64,000 nucleotides of DNA from Halopelagius fulvigenes (GTDB lineage: Archaea > Halobacteriota > Halobacteria > Halobacteriales > Haloferacaceae): the NCBI RefSeq assembly GCF_042662625.1, contig NZ_JBHSXH010000015.1, positions 973,909 through 1,037,908 on the forward strand. Reading direction: 5' to 3'. Below, piece by piece: positions 1 to 9,377 of the stretch. Position numbers and translations under genes: made by a program. Under the pieces are notes generated by a model. That model saw only the letters and a program-made list of their open reading frames with translations. It searched no databases and was not told the origin of the DNA. Position 1 is the stretch's first letter. Each line of letters starts with the position of its first letter.

Positions 1-1305
1 GGAGTCCATGCGCTTCTCCACGTCGTCTAAGTGGCCGTACGCCTTGCCGTACCCCGCCGACCCGCGGACGTTCGGTTCGAAGACGGCGTACCCGTGCGCG
101 AGGAAGTACTGCTTCACCGCGCTGAACGACGGCCGGCGTTGGGACTCGGGGCCGCCGTGGATGTCCACGATGACGGGCGTGTCGCCCTCGCCGGTGTCGG
201 TCTGGGGTAACGAGAAGAACGCCGGTATCTCCCGCCCGTCGAACGTCGGGTAGCGGACGAGTTCCGGTTCGACGAACGACTCTCTCGGGATGCCCGCCGT
301 CGCCGCGCGGGTCCACCGTTCGGCCTCGCCCGTCTTCGCGTCCACGACGTACACGTTCGTCGCGTCGGTGCTCGTCGTCACCGTCAGGGCGAACCGGTCG
401 CCGTCGGGGCCCCACGAGACGCCGCCCGCGACGCCGCGCGGCACGTCAGGTTCGGAGGACGGGTCGATTCTGTCGGGCGCGGTGAGTTCGCCCACCGTGA
501 GTCGGGTGTAGCCGTCCGCGTTCCGCGAGTAGGCGACGCGGCGGGAGTCCTCGTCTATCGAGACGCCGTCTATCTCCCACTCGTCGTCCGAGACGACGAG
601 CGAGAACTCGCCGGTGTCGATATCGACGCGCCACAGGTCGAGCGTGTCGCTCTCGCGGTCCGAGACGAGGTAGACGCTCTCGCCGTCGGGACCCCACGAG
701 GCGCTCTGGAAGCGCACCGTCCCCTCGTGGGGCGTGAGGTGCGTCACCTCGCCCGATTCGATATCGAGGACCGAGACGTCCTGGTCGAAGTTCGAGTACG
801 CCTCCGAGACGATGAGCTTCGCGTCGTCGGGCGACCACCCGCCGAGGGTGAGCCACCCGTCGCCCTCGTGGACGAGTTCCGCCCGTTCGCCCCTCTCGTC
901 GCGACCCTGCACGTACACGTCGAAGACGGACTCCTCGCGGCGGTTCGAGGTGAACGCGACCCTGTCGCCGTCGTGGCTCCACCCCCCCCAGCGGTGCTTC
1001 GCGTCCGGCATCGCGGTGAGGTTCGTCACCTCGCCCGTGCCGGGGTCGTAGCGGAACAGCTGCTGACGCTCGTTGCCGCCCTCGTCCATCCCGAAGGCGA
1101 GTTCGTCGCGTTCGGGCGACCACGAGGCGAACGTGACGCGTTCGTCGTAGAAGGTCTGCTGTTCGGGCCACACGCCGGGTTCCGTTATCGTCCAGACCTG
1201 CGGCACGCCCGTCGTGTCCATGAGAAACGAGAGGCGCTCCCCCTCGGGACCGAACGACGCGCCGTAGGCGCTTCTGACGTTCAGATACCGCTCGATGTCG
1301 TGCAC
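1..1305 (-). CDS. S9 family peptidase (acylaminoacyl-peptidase/prolyl oligopeptidase-like; beta-propeller N-domain + alpha/beta-hydrolase C-domain); 3' end runs off the window start
   Basis: One minus-strand frame reads continuously: VHDIERYLNVRSAYGASFGPEGERLSFLMDT...HRWGGWSHDGDRVAF...VIVDIHGGPESQ...NVRGSAGYGKAYGHLDDVEKRMDS (GSAGYG nucleophile-elbow region). Absent from the ORF track because there is no stop inside the window. Start uncertain: GTG at c(1303..1305) or ATG at c(1219..1221). Confidence 0.8.
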   Translation of the reverse strand, partial: MHDIERYLNVRSAYGASFGPEGERLSFLMDTTGVPQVWTITEPGVWPEQQTFYDERVTFASWSPERDELAFGMDEGGNERQQLFRYDPGTGEVTNLTAMPDAKHRWGGWSHDGDRVAFTSNRREESVFDVYVQGRDERGERAELVHEGDGWLTLGGWSPDDAKLIVSEAYSNFDQDVSVLDIESGEVTHLTPHEGTVRFQSASWGPDGESVYLVSDRESDTLDLWRVDIDTGEFSLVVSDDEWEIDGVSIDEDSRRVAYSRNADGYTRLTVGELTAPDRIDPSSEPDVPRGVAGGVSWGPDGDRFALTVTTSTDATNVYVVDAKTGEAERWTRAATAGIPRESFVEPELVRYPTFDGREIPAFFSLPQTDTGEGDTPVIVDIHGGPESQRRPSFSAVKQYFLAHGYAVFEPNVRGSAGYGKAYGHLDDVEKRMDS

Positions 1306-1363
1306 GGGGGAACGTCGGGGGCCGGCGAGGAAACGTTTCGGGTGGTCGGGGCCGCGTCCGCCG

Positions 1364-1618
1364 TCAGTAGCTCCGGAACTCGCGTCCGACCTCGGTCAGC
1401 TTCGGGCGGAGTTTGTCCGTCGCGAGCAGGTACGCGAAGGTGAGCGCAACCGCGCCCATGACCGCGGCCCACGCGGCGAGCTTCGGTTGGCCGCCCTGCG
1501 CGGTGGCGACGGCGAAGGACTCCGCGTAGAGCGCCGCCGCCGAGAGGCCGAGCGACCCGGCGCCGTAGAACAGTAGTTCGAGGAGTTCGGGAAGGAGTTC
1601 GAGTAACGCAGTCGTCAT
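1364..1618 (-). CDS. small hydrophobic membrane protein (hypothetical)
   Basis: 84 aa ORF, two predicted TM helices, no Arg-rich artefact composition; sits directly upstream of the peptidase on the same strand. Confidence 0.35.
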   Translation of the reverse strand: MTTALLELLPELLELLFYGAGSLGLSAAALYAESFAVATAQGGQPKLAAWAAVMGAVALTFAYLLATDKLRPKLTEVGREFRSY

Positions 1619-1682
1619 TACCGACGCGTCCCGAGCGACCGGCTGAAGTTCTTTCGGTCGTCGGACGGGATTCGACCGCGAC

Positions 1683-1955
1683 TCAGAGCATCCCTTCGGC
1701 CTTCAGGCCCTCGATGATGTCGTCCACGAGGGTATCGACGTCATCGTAGGGGAAGCTCTGGTGGCTTCCGAGCTTCGCGGCCATCTCCATCGCGGTGAAG
1801 CTGACTTCGCCGTCGTTCGCCTCGAAGCGAGTGCCCGGCCCGTTCGGGAGGGCGGGGACGAGGTCCATCTGGTTTTTCACGGGGAAGTCGGCACCTTCGA
1901 ACGCGTCTCGAAGTTCGGAGCGGAGTTCCGATTCGGCGTCTGCCATGGCACCCAA
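1683..1955 (-). CDS. small acidic protein, MTH865-like family (hypothetical)
   Basis: 90 aa, very acidic haloarchaeal composition (ELRDAFEGADFPV...DTLVDDIIEGLKAEGML); family assignment is from memory and tentative. Confidence 0.45.
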   Translation of the reverse strand: MGAMADAESELRSELRDAFEGADFPVKNQMDLVPALPNGPGTRFEANDGEVSFTAMEMAAKLGSHQSFPYDDVDTLVDDIIEGLKAEGML

Positions 1956-2055
1956 TGGTCACATGAGGCGCAAAAGCGTTCCGGAACCACGGCAAACGAG
2001 TTTACCGTTCTACCGGGACGCGAGTCTTTTTGCGGCGGCGTCGGGAAGGGAGTCC

Positions 2056-3111
2056 ATGGCCGACTACGAGTTCGACTTCGACCTCCTGAAGGAACTGACG
2101 GAGACGAGCGGCGTCCCGGGGTACGAGGACCGCGTCCGCGACGCGGTTCGCCGGGAGTTCGAATCGAGCGTGGACGAGGTTCGCTCGGACGCGATGGGAA
2201 ACGTCGTGGGCACCATCGAGGGCGACGGGGACTACGCCGTCGCCGTCGCCGCCCACATGGACGAGATAGGCTTCATGGTGCGTCACGTCACCGACGACGG
2301 GTTCGTCCAACTCGACGCCCTCGGCGGGTGGGACCCGCGCGTCCTGAAGGCCCAACGCGTCCGCATCCACACCGAGGACGGCGACGTGCCGGGCGTCATC
2401 GGGTCGCCGCCGCCGCACACCCTCTCCGAGGAGGAGAAGGAGAAGGCCCCGAAAGTTGAGGACGTCCACGTCGACGTGGGCCTCTCCGCCGAGGACGCGA
2501 AGGACGCGGTATCCGTCGGCGACGTGGTGACGATGGAGCAGACGACGGTGGAGATGGGCGACGTGGTGACGGGGAAGGCCCTCGACGACCGGGTCTGCCT
2601 GTTCTCGATGCTCGAAGCCGCGAAGCGAATCGAGGACCCCGACGTGACCGTCCACTTCGCCGCGACGGTGCAGGAGGAGGTGGGACTCCGCGGGGCGAAG
2701 GCCCTCGGCGTCGATATCGACCCGGACCTCGCCATCGCACTCGACGTGACCGTCGCCAACGACGTGCCCGGGTTCGAGGCGGGCGACCGCGTGACGGAGC
2801 TCGGCGAGGGGACGGCGATAAAGCTGAAAGACGGCAGCGTCATCACGAGTCCGAAGGTCCACCGCCGCCTCCGGTCGGTGGCCGAATCGGAGGACATCTC
2901 CCACCAGATGGAGATCCTGCCCGCGGGCGGCACGGACACGGCGGGCTTTCAGAACACCCACGGCGCGAAGCCGGTCGGCGCGCTCTCCGTGCCGACGCGG
3001 TACCTCCACACCGTGACCGAGAGCGCGCACGTCGCCGACGTGGACGCGACCATCGACCTCCTCGCGGCGTTCTTAGAGAGCGAGACGGGCGAATACGACT
3101 ACGCCTACTGA
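2056..3111 (+). CDS. M42 family metallopeptidase (TET/FrvX-type aminopeptidase)
   Basis: 351 aa from MADYEFDFDLLKELTETSGVPGYE...; the ORF-track ORF begins upstream at 1795 in an Arg/Ser-rich stretch taken as non-coding. Conserved M42 motifs (HMDEIGF, QEEVGLRGA, DVTVANDVPG) are read directly. Confidence 0.85.
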   Translation: MADYEFDFDLLKELTETSGVPGYEDRVRDAVRREFESSVDEVRSDAMGNVVGTIEGDGDYAVAVAAHMDEIGFMVRHVTDDGFVQLDALGGWDPRVLKAQRVRIHTEDGDVPGVIGSPPPHTLSEEEKEKAPKVEDVHVDVGLSAEDAKDAVSVGDVVTMEQTTVEMGDVVTGKALDDRVCLFSMLEAAKRIEDPDVTVHFAATVQEEVGLRGAKALGVDIDPDLAIALDVTVANDVPGFEAGDRVTELGEGTAIKLKDGSVITSPKVHRRLRSVAESEDISHQMEILPAGGTDTAGFQNTHGAKPVGALSVPTRYLHTVTESAHVADVDATIDLLAAFLESETGEYDYAY

Positions 3112-3224
3112 ACCGTCGCCGACGGCCGTCGCGCGTCGCCGACAGTCGCCGCCGGGGGACGGACCCCCCTCTCCGCGAGCCGTAAACCAAAGTATTCACT
3201 ACAGCCGACTCCCAACCCCCGACT

Positions 3225-3887
3225 ATGACTGACGGCAACGCGGAGATGTCCCGTCGTGCCTTCCTTCGGACCGCCACCGGGGCGACGGCCGTCGCAGGAG
3301 CGGCAGGGACCGCCGCGGCGCAGGAAACGGGTACGAGCACGGCGTCCGGCGGCGAAGGGACCGGAACCTCGGGCGGGGGAACCGGAACCTCCGGCGGCGG
3401 CAACGAATCCTCCGGCGGCGGAGGCGGTGGCGGTGGCGGCGGCGGTACGCAGACGATAGAGGTCGGTCCCGGCGGTGACCTCGTGTTCAAGCCCGGTACC
3501 GACCAACCGGCGCAGGTGACGCCCGGCACGACGGTCAAGTGGGTCTGGAAGTCGGACAACCACAACGTCGTCCCCGACACCATCCCCGACGGCGCGAGTT
3601 GGTCGGGTCACAAACCCATCGAGAACTCCGGATTCACCTACAGCCACACGTTCGACACCCTCGGCACGTACGAGTACTACTGCGAACCCCACCAGTCCGC
3701 GGGCATGGTCGGGACGCTCGAAGTCGTCGAGTCCATCTCGACGCCCGCGCCCGAGCAAGTGCCGTCCGTCCCCAACTCGGCGAAGACGCTCGGCGTCGCC
3801 ACCACGTTCGCGATGGTCGCCACGCTCGGTCTGGCGTTCTTCTTCCTGAAGTACGGCGGCGACTACGAACTCGACGACGAGGAGTAA
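3225..3887 (+). CDS. halocyanin (plastocyanin-like type-1 copper protein) with Tat signal, Gly-rich linker and C-terminal membrane anchor
   Basis: SRRAFLRTATGATAVAG twin-Arg signal; cupredoxin ligand pattern ...YYCEPHQSAGMVG...; C-terminal hydrophobic helix plus acidic tail. The 13-Gly run is encoded by the ggc/ggt repeats at 3418-3456. Confidence 0.85.
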   Translation: MTDGNAEMSRRAFLRTATGATAVAGAAGTAAAQETGTSTASGGEGTGTSGGGTGTSGGGNESSGGGGGGGGGGGTQTIEVGPGGDLVFKPGTDQPAQVTPGTTVKWVWKSDNHNVVPDTIPDGASWSGHKPIENSGFTYSHTFDTLGTYEYYCEPHQSAGMVGTLEVVESISTPAPEQVPSVPNSAKTLGVATTFAMVATLGLAFFFLKYGGDYELDDEE

Positions 3888-3970
3888 TTCCGACCGCCTT
3901 TCTCCGATTTTTCGGCCCCGAGAGCGGTCAGCTTCGCTGGCTCGTGAGGCGGGAGCGGTGCCGTCCTATC

Positions 3971-4133
3971 GTACCGCGACGAGCGAGCGTCAGCGAGCGA
4001 GTCGCGGCCTTTTTGGGTCCAGCGTTTTTGGCGGGGTTCGAGGCGACGTCGCCGAACTTCGTTCGGCGGCCCACCGGACGCAGTCCGGTGACGGCATCGC
4101 CGTCGCCGAGGACCCCGTGAAAAAGGGTGGTTA
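3971..4133 (-). repeat. Structured intergenic repeat, copy A (long subtype). In element orientation: stop codon of GT4 gene - CCACCCTTTTT - GC-rich hairpin region - AAAAACGCTGGACCCAAAAAGGCCGCGACTCGCTCGCTGACGCTCGCTCGTCGCGGTAC
   Basis: Shares the ordered motifs with copies at 6484-6598, 35800-35875 and 62126-62215. Lies between convergent halocyanin and GT4 genes. The GT4 stop codon (TAA, c4131-4133) is immediately followed by CCACCCTTTTT. Confidence 0.7.
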
Positions 4134-5189
4134 GAAGTACCCGTAGTCCTCGACGGCCTCGGTGTAGCAGTCCACGTACTGCCGGACCACGGTCGAGTGG
4201 TCGTAGTCGGCGAACGCCTCGTTGACCGTCATCTCGTCGGCGCGGGCGGCGACGGCGATTTCGCGCGCGAGTTCCTGCGGACTCGTCACGCGGACGCCCC
4301 GGTCGCAGTTCTCGACGAGTTCGTGCGCGCTGGACCGCGCTTGGTACTCCACGAGGGCGACGCACCCGCAGGCGAGAGCCCACAGCAGTTCGTTCGCGAA
4401 CGGTTCGACGGCGGCGGTCTGTGCGAACACCCGCGCGCCTTTCATGACGGGGACGAACTCCTCCGGCGGCAGGTCGCCGAGGAACTCCACCCGATCGTCG
4501 ATGCGGAGTTCGGCGGCCGTCTGCTTGGCGGCGTCGAGTTCCGGGCCGTCGCCGACGACGGCGGCGCGCCAGTCCCTGTCGCGCAGTTCCGCGAGGGCGA
4601 GGAAGAACGACTCGACGTTGGCGTGCTCGTCGATGTCGCGGGCGTACACCATGTCCGCGCGGGCCTCCACGTCGCTCTCGCGGACGAGGTCGAAGTCGAT
4701 GGACTCCGGGACGACGCGGACGGACTCCTCGGACGCGCCGTACTCCCGGACGTGGGTCTTGACCATTCGGGAGGGGGCGATGACGCGTTTCGCCGCGCGC
4801 GCGGCGCGCTTGCTCGCGCCCTTCGAGTCCTCCTCGCGTTCGTCCCACCAGTCGACGACCACCGGCGTGCGGAGGAACCGCGCCGCCGTCTTCGCAGCGG
4901 TGACGTGGGAGGGCGGACTGTTGGCGGCGTGGACGACGTCGGGCTTGACGCGCCGGAGGGCGAAGGGGAGTTTCGAGGCGAACGACCCCACCGAGGGCGT
5001 CTCGGTGACGGCCGCGTACGTCACGTCGTCCTGTTCGAACTCTGACACGTCGCCCTCCCACCACCGCGCGCAGAGGACGGTCACGTCGTGGCCGCGCGCG
5101 GCGAGGAGTTCCGCCGTCCGCCGCGTCCGTCTCGTCGCACCGTCGGCGCGACGTTGCTCGGTGTACATCGAGACGAACGCGATTCGCAT
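4131..5189 (-). CDS. glycosyltransferase family 4 (GT4, GT-B fold)
   Basis: 352 aa; GT4-like C-terminal region (EPFANELLWALACGCVALV... EX7E-like). Confidence 0.7.
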   Translation of the reverse strand: MRIAFVSMYTEQRRADGATRRTRRTAELLAARGHDVTVLCARWWEGDVSEFEQDDVTYAAVTETPSVGSFASKLPFALRRVKPDVVHAANSPPSHVTAAKTAARFLRTPVVVDWWDEREEDSKGASKRAARAAKRVIAPSRMVKTHVREYGASEESVRVVPESIDFDLVRESDVEARADMVYARDIDEHANVESFFLALAELRDRDWRAAVVGDGPELDAAKQTAAELRIDDRVEFLGDLPPEEFVPVMKGARVFAQTAAVEPFANELLWALACGCVALVEYQARSSAHELVENCDRGVRVTSPQELAREIAVAARADEMTVNEAFADYDHSTVVRQYVDCYTEAVEDYGYF

Positions 5190-5283
5190 ATCCCACGGCT
5201 TGTCTCCGTCCGATAAAAACCCTCAGCATTTCCGCGTGCGATTCGAGGCGGTTCAAGCGGTGCCGCGACGCTCGCCGCCCGCC

Positions 5284-5910
5284 TCAGAGGGGGGCGGCGA
5301 CGAGTGCCGCCGTCGCGGATTCGACGTACTTCCAGCCGTAGAGGTGGTTCAACAGGAAGTACGTGACGACGCCCAGAGACAGAGAGAGGAGCCACGACCC
5401 GGCGGCGATACGGCCCACGCGTCGGTGCGGCGTGTCGCGGCGCAGTTCGCCCGGCGAGTGCGTCACTCCGAGGACGAGTGCGTAGAGGACGACGGGCACC
5501 GCGACGATGGAGAGGAGGATGTGTATCGCCAGCATGGCGAGGTACGGGTAGTAGACGGCCGTCGGGCCGACGAACTCCTTGGTCCCGCCACCGCCTATCT
5601 TCGCGAGGTACATCACGAGGAAGACGAGGATGAGGGCGAACGAGGCGACCATCGCGGCGGCGTGCTTCCGCACCTCGTCGCGCCGAATCCACCGCCACCC
5701 GGCGGCGATGACGACGACGTTCACCGCGTTCACGAGGGCGATGGCGTCCGAAAGCAGGTTCACCTCGGCCAAAGACAGGTCGGGGAAGACGGTGCCGGGG
5801 ACGTACCCGAGGAACGTGCCGACGACGAGGCCGTAGCCCACGACGGAGAGCACCGCCGTCACCGCCGCGGGGTGTTCCTTCACCGGATTGTCGGCGCTCG
5901 CGGTTGCCAT
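5284..5910 (-). CDS. DUF420 family membrane protein
   Basis: 208 aa, 4-5 TM helices; the pattern (YVPGTVFPDLSLAEVNLLSDAIALVNA...HRRVGRI) resembles DUF420/YozB proteins. Confidence 0.6.
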   Translation of the reverse strand: MATASADNPVKEHPAAVTAVLSVVGYGLVVGTFLGYVPGTVFPDLSLAEVNLLSDAIALVNAVNVVVIAAGWRWIRRDEVRKHAAAMVASFALILVFLVMYLAKIGGGGTKEFVGPTAVYYPYLAMLAIHILLSIVAVPVVLYALVLGVTHSPGELRRDTPHRRVGRIAAGSWLLSLSLGVVTYFLLNHLYGWKYVESATAALVAAPL

Positions 5911-6110
5911 ACGGGCGACTTCGAAAGGAACCGCCTTCCGTCTTCGGATTCCGGGCGGGGTTTCGCGGCGCGGTTCGGCCGCGTACGCGGTCAGTCGCCT
6001 ACTTCGACCGAAACGAGAATCGAGACGGCCTCCTACGGATTCGGGCCCCCACGTACACCGCTAACGCCCGGTAGAGACGATATTTAGCGGAGCGACGGTC
6101 GCTACTCGGT

Positions 6111-6509
6111 GTGCCCTCCTCGAAACGGATAGTCGCAGGGAGCGTGCTCGGAATCGCGTGGGGAGTCACCGAACCGAGGATGTTCGAGGGCTTCTTTTGG
6201 CTGCATCTGGCCGCGGCGGGGGCCGCGCTTGCCGTCCTCACCGTCGCGGTTGTCGGATACGGCCCCGTGAGACACCGGAACCTCGGGACGATTGCCGTCG
6301 TCCGGACGGTTACGACGGGGTCGTTCGCCGCCGGGTATCTCGTCTACGCCTACCGGTTCGGTTTGAGAGGTTCCCGGGTACGCCTCTGGCGGGACCGCTC
6401 CGACGAGTCGTCACCGGAGGTATCGTCAACCGCCGGCCGAGAGAACACCGCTGAGAGATGCTACGGGAAGTTCCGTACTGTACTGTACCGCGACGAGCGA
6501 ACGGAGTGA
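6111..6509 (+). CDS. hypothetical small membrane protein (doubtful)
   Basis: ORF with 2-3 hydrophobic segments. Its last ~25 codons and stop lie inside the conserved arm of repeat copy B, so it may be partly or wholly an artefact. Confidence 0.25.
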   Translation: MPSSKRIVAGSVLGIAWGVTEPRMFEGFFWLHLAAAGAALAVLTVAVVGYGPVRHRNLGTIAVVRTVTTGSFAAGYLVYAYRFGLRGSRVRLWRDRSDESSPEVSSTAGRENTAERCYGKFRTVLYRDERTE

Positions 6510-6598
6510 GCGAGTCGCGGCCTTTTTGGTCCAGATTTTTGGAGGGGGTTCGAGCGTGCTGGAGGCACGCGAGGACCCCCTCGAAAAAGGTGGGGGCG
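6484..6598 (-). repeat. Structured intergenic repeat, copy B (subtype with GGGGGTCCTCG...CGAACCCCC hairpin)
   Basis: Read on the minus strand: TAA (stop of G1P dehydrogenase) - CGCCCCCACCTTTTT - CGAGGGGGTCCTCGCGTGCCTCCAGCACGCTCGAACCCCCTCC (nested hairpin) - AAAAATCTGGACCAAAAAGGCCGCGACTCGCTCACTCCGTTCGCTCGTCGCGGTAC. Confidence 0.7.
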
Positions 6599-7645
6599 TT
6601 AGATTACGCCCGTGAACGTCGCAGCCTCTATCGCCGCCTCCTCACTGACGCCGTCGCCGAGGATGGTGTACCGGTCGCGGATAGTGTGGGCGGTGGTCAG
6701 CGCCTCGATGACCGTCTCGTCGGAGATACCGAGTTCCGAGGCGGTGGTGGGAGCGTCCATCGTATCGAGAGCGTCGCGGATGTCGCGCCACTCGCCCTGT
6801 TCGCCGCTGTGGAGGTACTCGGTCACGATGGACCCGACGCCGACTTGGTGGCCGTGGAGGGCGCGGCCGGGGACCAAGCGGTCGAGTTGGTGCGAGAAGA
6901 GGTGCTCCGCGCCGGAAGCGGGCCGCGAGGACCCCGAGATGGACATGGCGACACCCGAGGAGACGAGCGCTTTCACGACGACCCACGCGGACTCTTCGAG
7001 GCCCTTCTTGATGGAGTCCGAGTTGCCGACGAGCATCTCGGCGGTCATCTGCGAGAGCGCGCCCGAGTACTCCGAGTACTCGACGTTCTTCAGGCGGTGG
7101 GCGAGTTGCCAGTCTTTCACCGCGGTGTAGTTCGAGATGATGTCCGCGCATCCGGCGGTGGTGAGTTCCCACGGCGCGTCCGCGAGAATCTCCGTGTCGG
7201 CGACGACGGCCAACGGTGGGTCGGCGGCGACGGAGTGGCGGGTGTCGCCCTCCGGGATGGAGGACCGCCCGGAGACGATGCCGTCGTGACTCGCCGCCGT
7301 CGGCACGGAGATAAACCCGCAGTCGAGGCTGTCGGAGGCCATCTTCGCGGTGTCGATGGCCTTGCCGCCGCCGAGGGCGACGAGATAGCCCGCGTCCATC
7401 TCCCTTCCCGCCTCAATGACGCGTTCGACGGAGTCGAAGCTGGCCTCCGAGATGGTGATCGTCGTGGGGTCGTCGAACTGGGCGCGAACCCGGTCGCCCG
7501 CGATGTCGTTCGGCGTCGGACTCGTCACCAGTAGCGGCCGCCCCGAGAGGTAGAGTTCCCCCACCGCCGCAGAGAGTTCGTCCAACACCCCGTGGCCCAC
7601 GAGGACGTTCCGCGGGAGCTGAATCCACGTCGATTTGTCGAACAT
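6599..7645 (-). CDS. egsA: sn-glycerol-1-phosphate dehydrogenase [NAD(P)+] (archaeal ether-lipid backbone synthesis)
   Basis: Strong family resemblance (iron-containing ADH/DHQ-synthase-like fold; GGGKAIDTAKMAS..., HGHQVGVGS...). Start taken at the second Met (MFDKSTWIQLPRNV). Confidence 0.85.
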   Translation of the reverse strand: MFDKSTWIQLPRNVLVGHGVLDELSAAVGELYLSGRPLLVTSPTPNDIAGDRVRAQFDDPTTITISEASFDSVERVIEAGREMDAGYLVALGGGKAIDTAKMASDSLDCGFISVPTAASHDGIVSGRSSIPEGDTRHSVAADPPLAVVADTEILADAPWELTTAGCADIISNYTAVKDWQLAHRLKNVEYSEYSGALSQMTAEMLVGNSDSIKKGLEESAWVVVKALVSSGVAMSISGSSRPASGAEHLFSHQLDRLVPGRALHGHQVGVGSIVTEYLHSGEQGEWRDIRDALDTMDAPTTASELGISDETVIEALTTAHTIRDRYTILGDGVSEEAAIEAATFTGVI

Positions 7646-7727
7646 ACGTGCCTCTCTTCGGCGACGGTTCATACCTTTTCTCGTCCGGAACGGCCGACGA
7701 CGGTGACGACGGCCGGGGGACGGCCGC

Positions 7728-8465
7728 TCAGAGCAGACCGCCCGCCGCCTGCGAGAGAAAGAGGACGCCGAACCCCGTGAGGACGACGGCGCTGACGCCC
7801 GCGACGACGGGCGCGAAGGCGTCCACGCGCCGTTCCGCGCCGACGAGCGCCGCCGGGAAGCCCATCACCCAGAGGACGATACCGCCGAAGAAGCCGACGA
7901 CGAGCGCCGGCGACCCCGTCTCGACGACGAGCGTCCCGGCGAGTTCGCCGCCGACGTACGGCGTCTCCGCGAGAACGTCCAGCGTGCCGGGCTTCAGCAG
8001 TCCGACGCCGATGGTGAGCCAGAACAGAATCTGGTAGGGGTTCGTCAGGGCGAGGAGGAACGCCTTGCCGAACCCGGTGGTCGCCCGCGACTCCACGGCA
8101 CCCTCCGTCGCGGCGTTCCCGTCGTCCGTGGCGTCCGCGCCGCCGTCGCCGCGAGCGTCCGCTCCGAACGAACTGCGAACGTCTCTGGCCGCGCCGTACG
8201 CGAAGTAGAGCATGAGGACGCCGCCGACGCCGACCATCGCCGCGCGAACCGTCGGGAACCGTTCGACGAACGCGACGACGCCGAGGGCCGCGAGGACGAA
8301 GAAGATGGCGTCCGCCGTCATCGCGCCGAGTCCGGCCTTGAACCCCGCGAACCACCCGCGGAGAACGCTCTCCTCGGCGATAATCGCGTTCATCGGACCG
8401 GGCGGCGCGGCCAACGCCAGCCCGAAGACGACGCCGGCGAGGAGAGAGGGAGCGAGATTCGTCAC
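7728..8465 (-). CDS. LysE/RhtB family amino-acid exporter
   Basis: 245 aa, 6 TM helices, LysE-type N-terminus (LLAGVVFGLALAAPPGPMNAIIAEES). Confidence 0.7.
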   Translation of the reverse strand: MTNLAPSLLAGVVFGLALAAPPGPMNAIIAEESVLRGWFAGFKAGLGAMTADAIFFVLAALGVVAFVERFPTVRAAMVGVGGVLMLYFAYGAARDVRSSFGADARGDGGADATDDGNAATEGAVESRATTGFGKAFLLALTNPYQILFWLTIGVGLLKPGTLDVLAETPYVGGELAGTLVVETGSPALVVGFFGGIVLWVMGFPAALVGAERRVDAFAPVVAGVSAVVLTGFGVLFLSQAAGGLL

Positions 8466-8672
8466 GTCACGCGACTACGCGAGACCGTACAAAAAGCACA
8501 CGGAGACAGAACGGGAGACCGCGGTACGACGGCGGGGCGAACCGGACGGGTCCGGCCCCGACCGGACGGAACCGGTCCCGAGTGGACAGAACCGAACACG
8601 AGGGGAGCGAACCCGACACGACCGGGACGAACTGGAGCGAACCGAACGCCGCCGGGGGTCGCAGGTCACGGG

Positions 8673-9377
8673 TCACAGGAGGCCGGTCACCGCGGAGGCG
8701 ATGCCGCCGACGGCCGTCTCCCAGACGGAGAAGCCCGTCACCATCGAGACGACGGTGTCGAGGCCGAAGAACAGGAACAGCGCCGCGCTGAACAGGTGGG
8801 CCTTCCGCATATCGACCCGGTGGGCGAACGTGTGGAAGAAGTAGGCGTTCGCCAGACTCACCGGGAGGATGGCGAGCATCTCGCCCACCCAGATGGCCGA
8901 CGTCGCGCCGTACTGGACGGCCAACCCGACGGTGACGAGTTGGGTCTTGTCGCCGAACTCGCCAGCGGCCATCATCGAGAAGATGGGGACGAACCCGCCG
9001 AACCGGCCGGAGACGCGGTCTATCGGGGCCGGGAGGTCCCAGTCCGCGGTGAGGCCCCCCGTCCCGCCGTCCGTCTCGGCGCCCGCTCTAGTCGTCCCCG
9101 GTTCGGGCGCGGACCGAAACAGCAGGACGGCGAAGGTGACGAACAGTACCGCGGTGACGGCGTCGAGGACGAACGGCGAGAACGCGTCCTGTAACGCCTG
9201 CCCGAACCACACTTCGAGGGCGGTCCACCCGGCGAACGCCGACCCCGCGGCGGCGACGACGACGAGGGGATTGTACCGCGTCGAGAGGCCGGCGATGATG
9301 AACTGCACCTTCTCGCCGGGCAACACCAGCAACTGCGCGACGAACGCGACGGTGAGCACTTCGAGGTAGCTCGTCAC
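8673..9377 (-). CDS. UPF0016 (GDT1/TMEM165) family cation transporter, putative Mn2+/Ca2+:H+ exporter
   Basis: Two repeats carrying the family E-x-G-D-(KR)-(TS) motif (GEKVQF... and EFGDKTQL). Overlaps the upstream regulator gene by ATGA (9374-9377). Confidence 0.75.
   Translation of the reverse strand: MTSYLEVLTVAFVAQLLVLPGEKVQFIIAGLSTRYNPLVVVAAAGSAFAGWTALEVWFGQALQDAFSPFVLDAVTAVLFVTFAVLLFRSAPEPGTTRAGAETDGGTGGLTADWDLPAPIDRVSGRFGGFVPIFSMMAAGEFGDKTQLVTVGLAVQYGATSAIWVGEMLAILPVSLANAYFFHTFAHRVDMRKAHLFSAALFLFFGLDTVVSMVTGFSVWETAVGGIASAVTGLL

Noticed and set aside
446-1171. Numerous long Arg/Pro/Gly-rich ORFs in the ORF track (e.g. 446-1171-, 2002-3030-, 3928-5256-, 10387-11448-, 25050-27101+, 62134-63969-)
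   Set aside because: Classic alternate-frame and antisense artefacts of ~68% GC DNA (stop-codon depletion, with composition RRGRP...). Each overlaps a gene with proper acidic haloarchaeal composition in another frame.
3418-3456. Tandem ggc/ggt repeats
   Set aside because: They encode the 13-residue poly-Gly linker of halocyanin; coding low complexity, not a CRISPR array or satellite.
8466-8672. Irregular GAACCG / GACCGGACGG direct repeats between the LysE and GDT1 genes
   Set aside because: Short, imperfect and without spacer regularity; likely promoter/UTR sequence rather than CRISPR or a mobile element.
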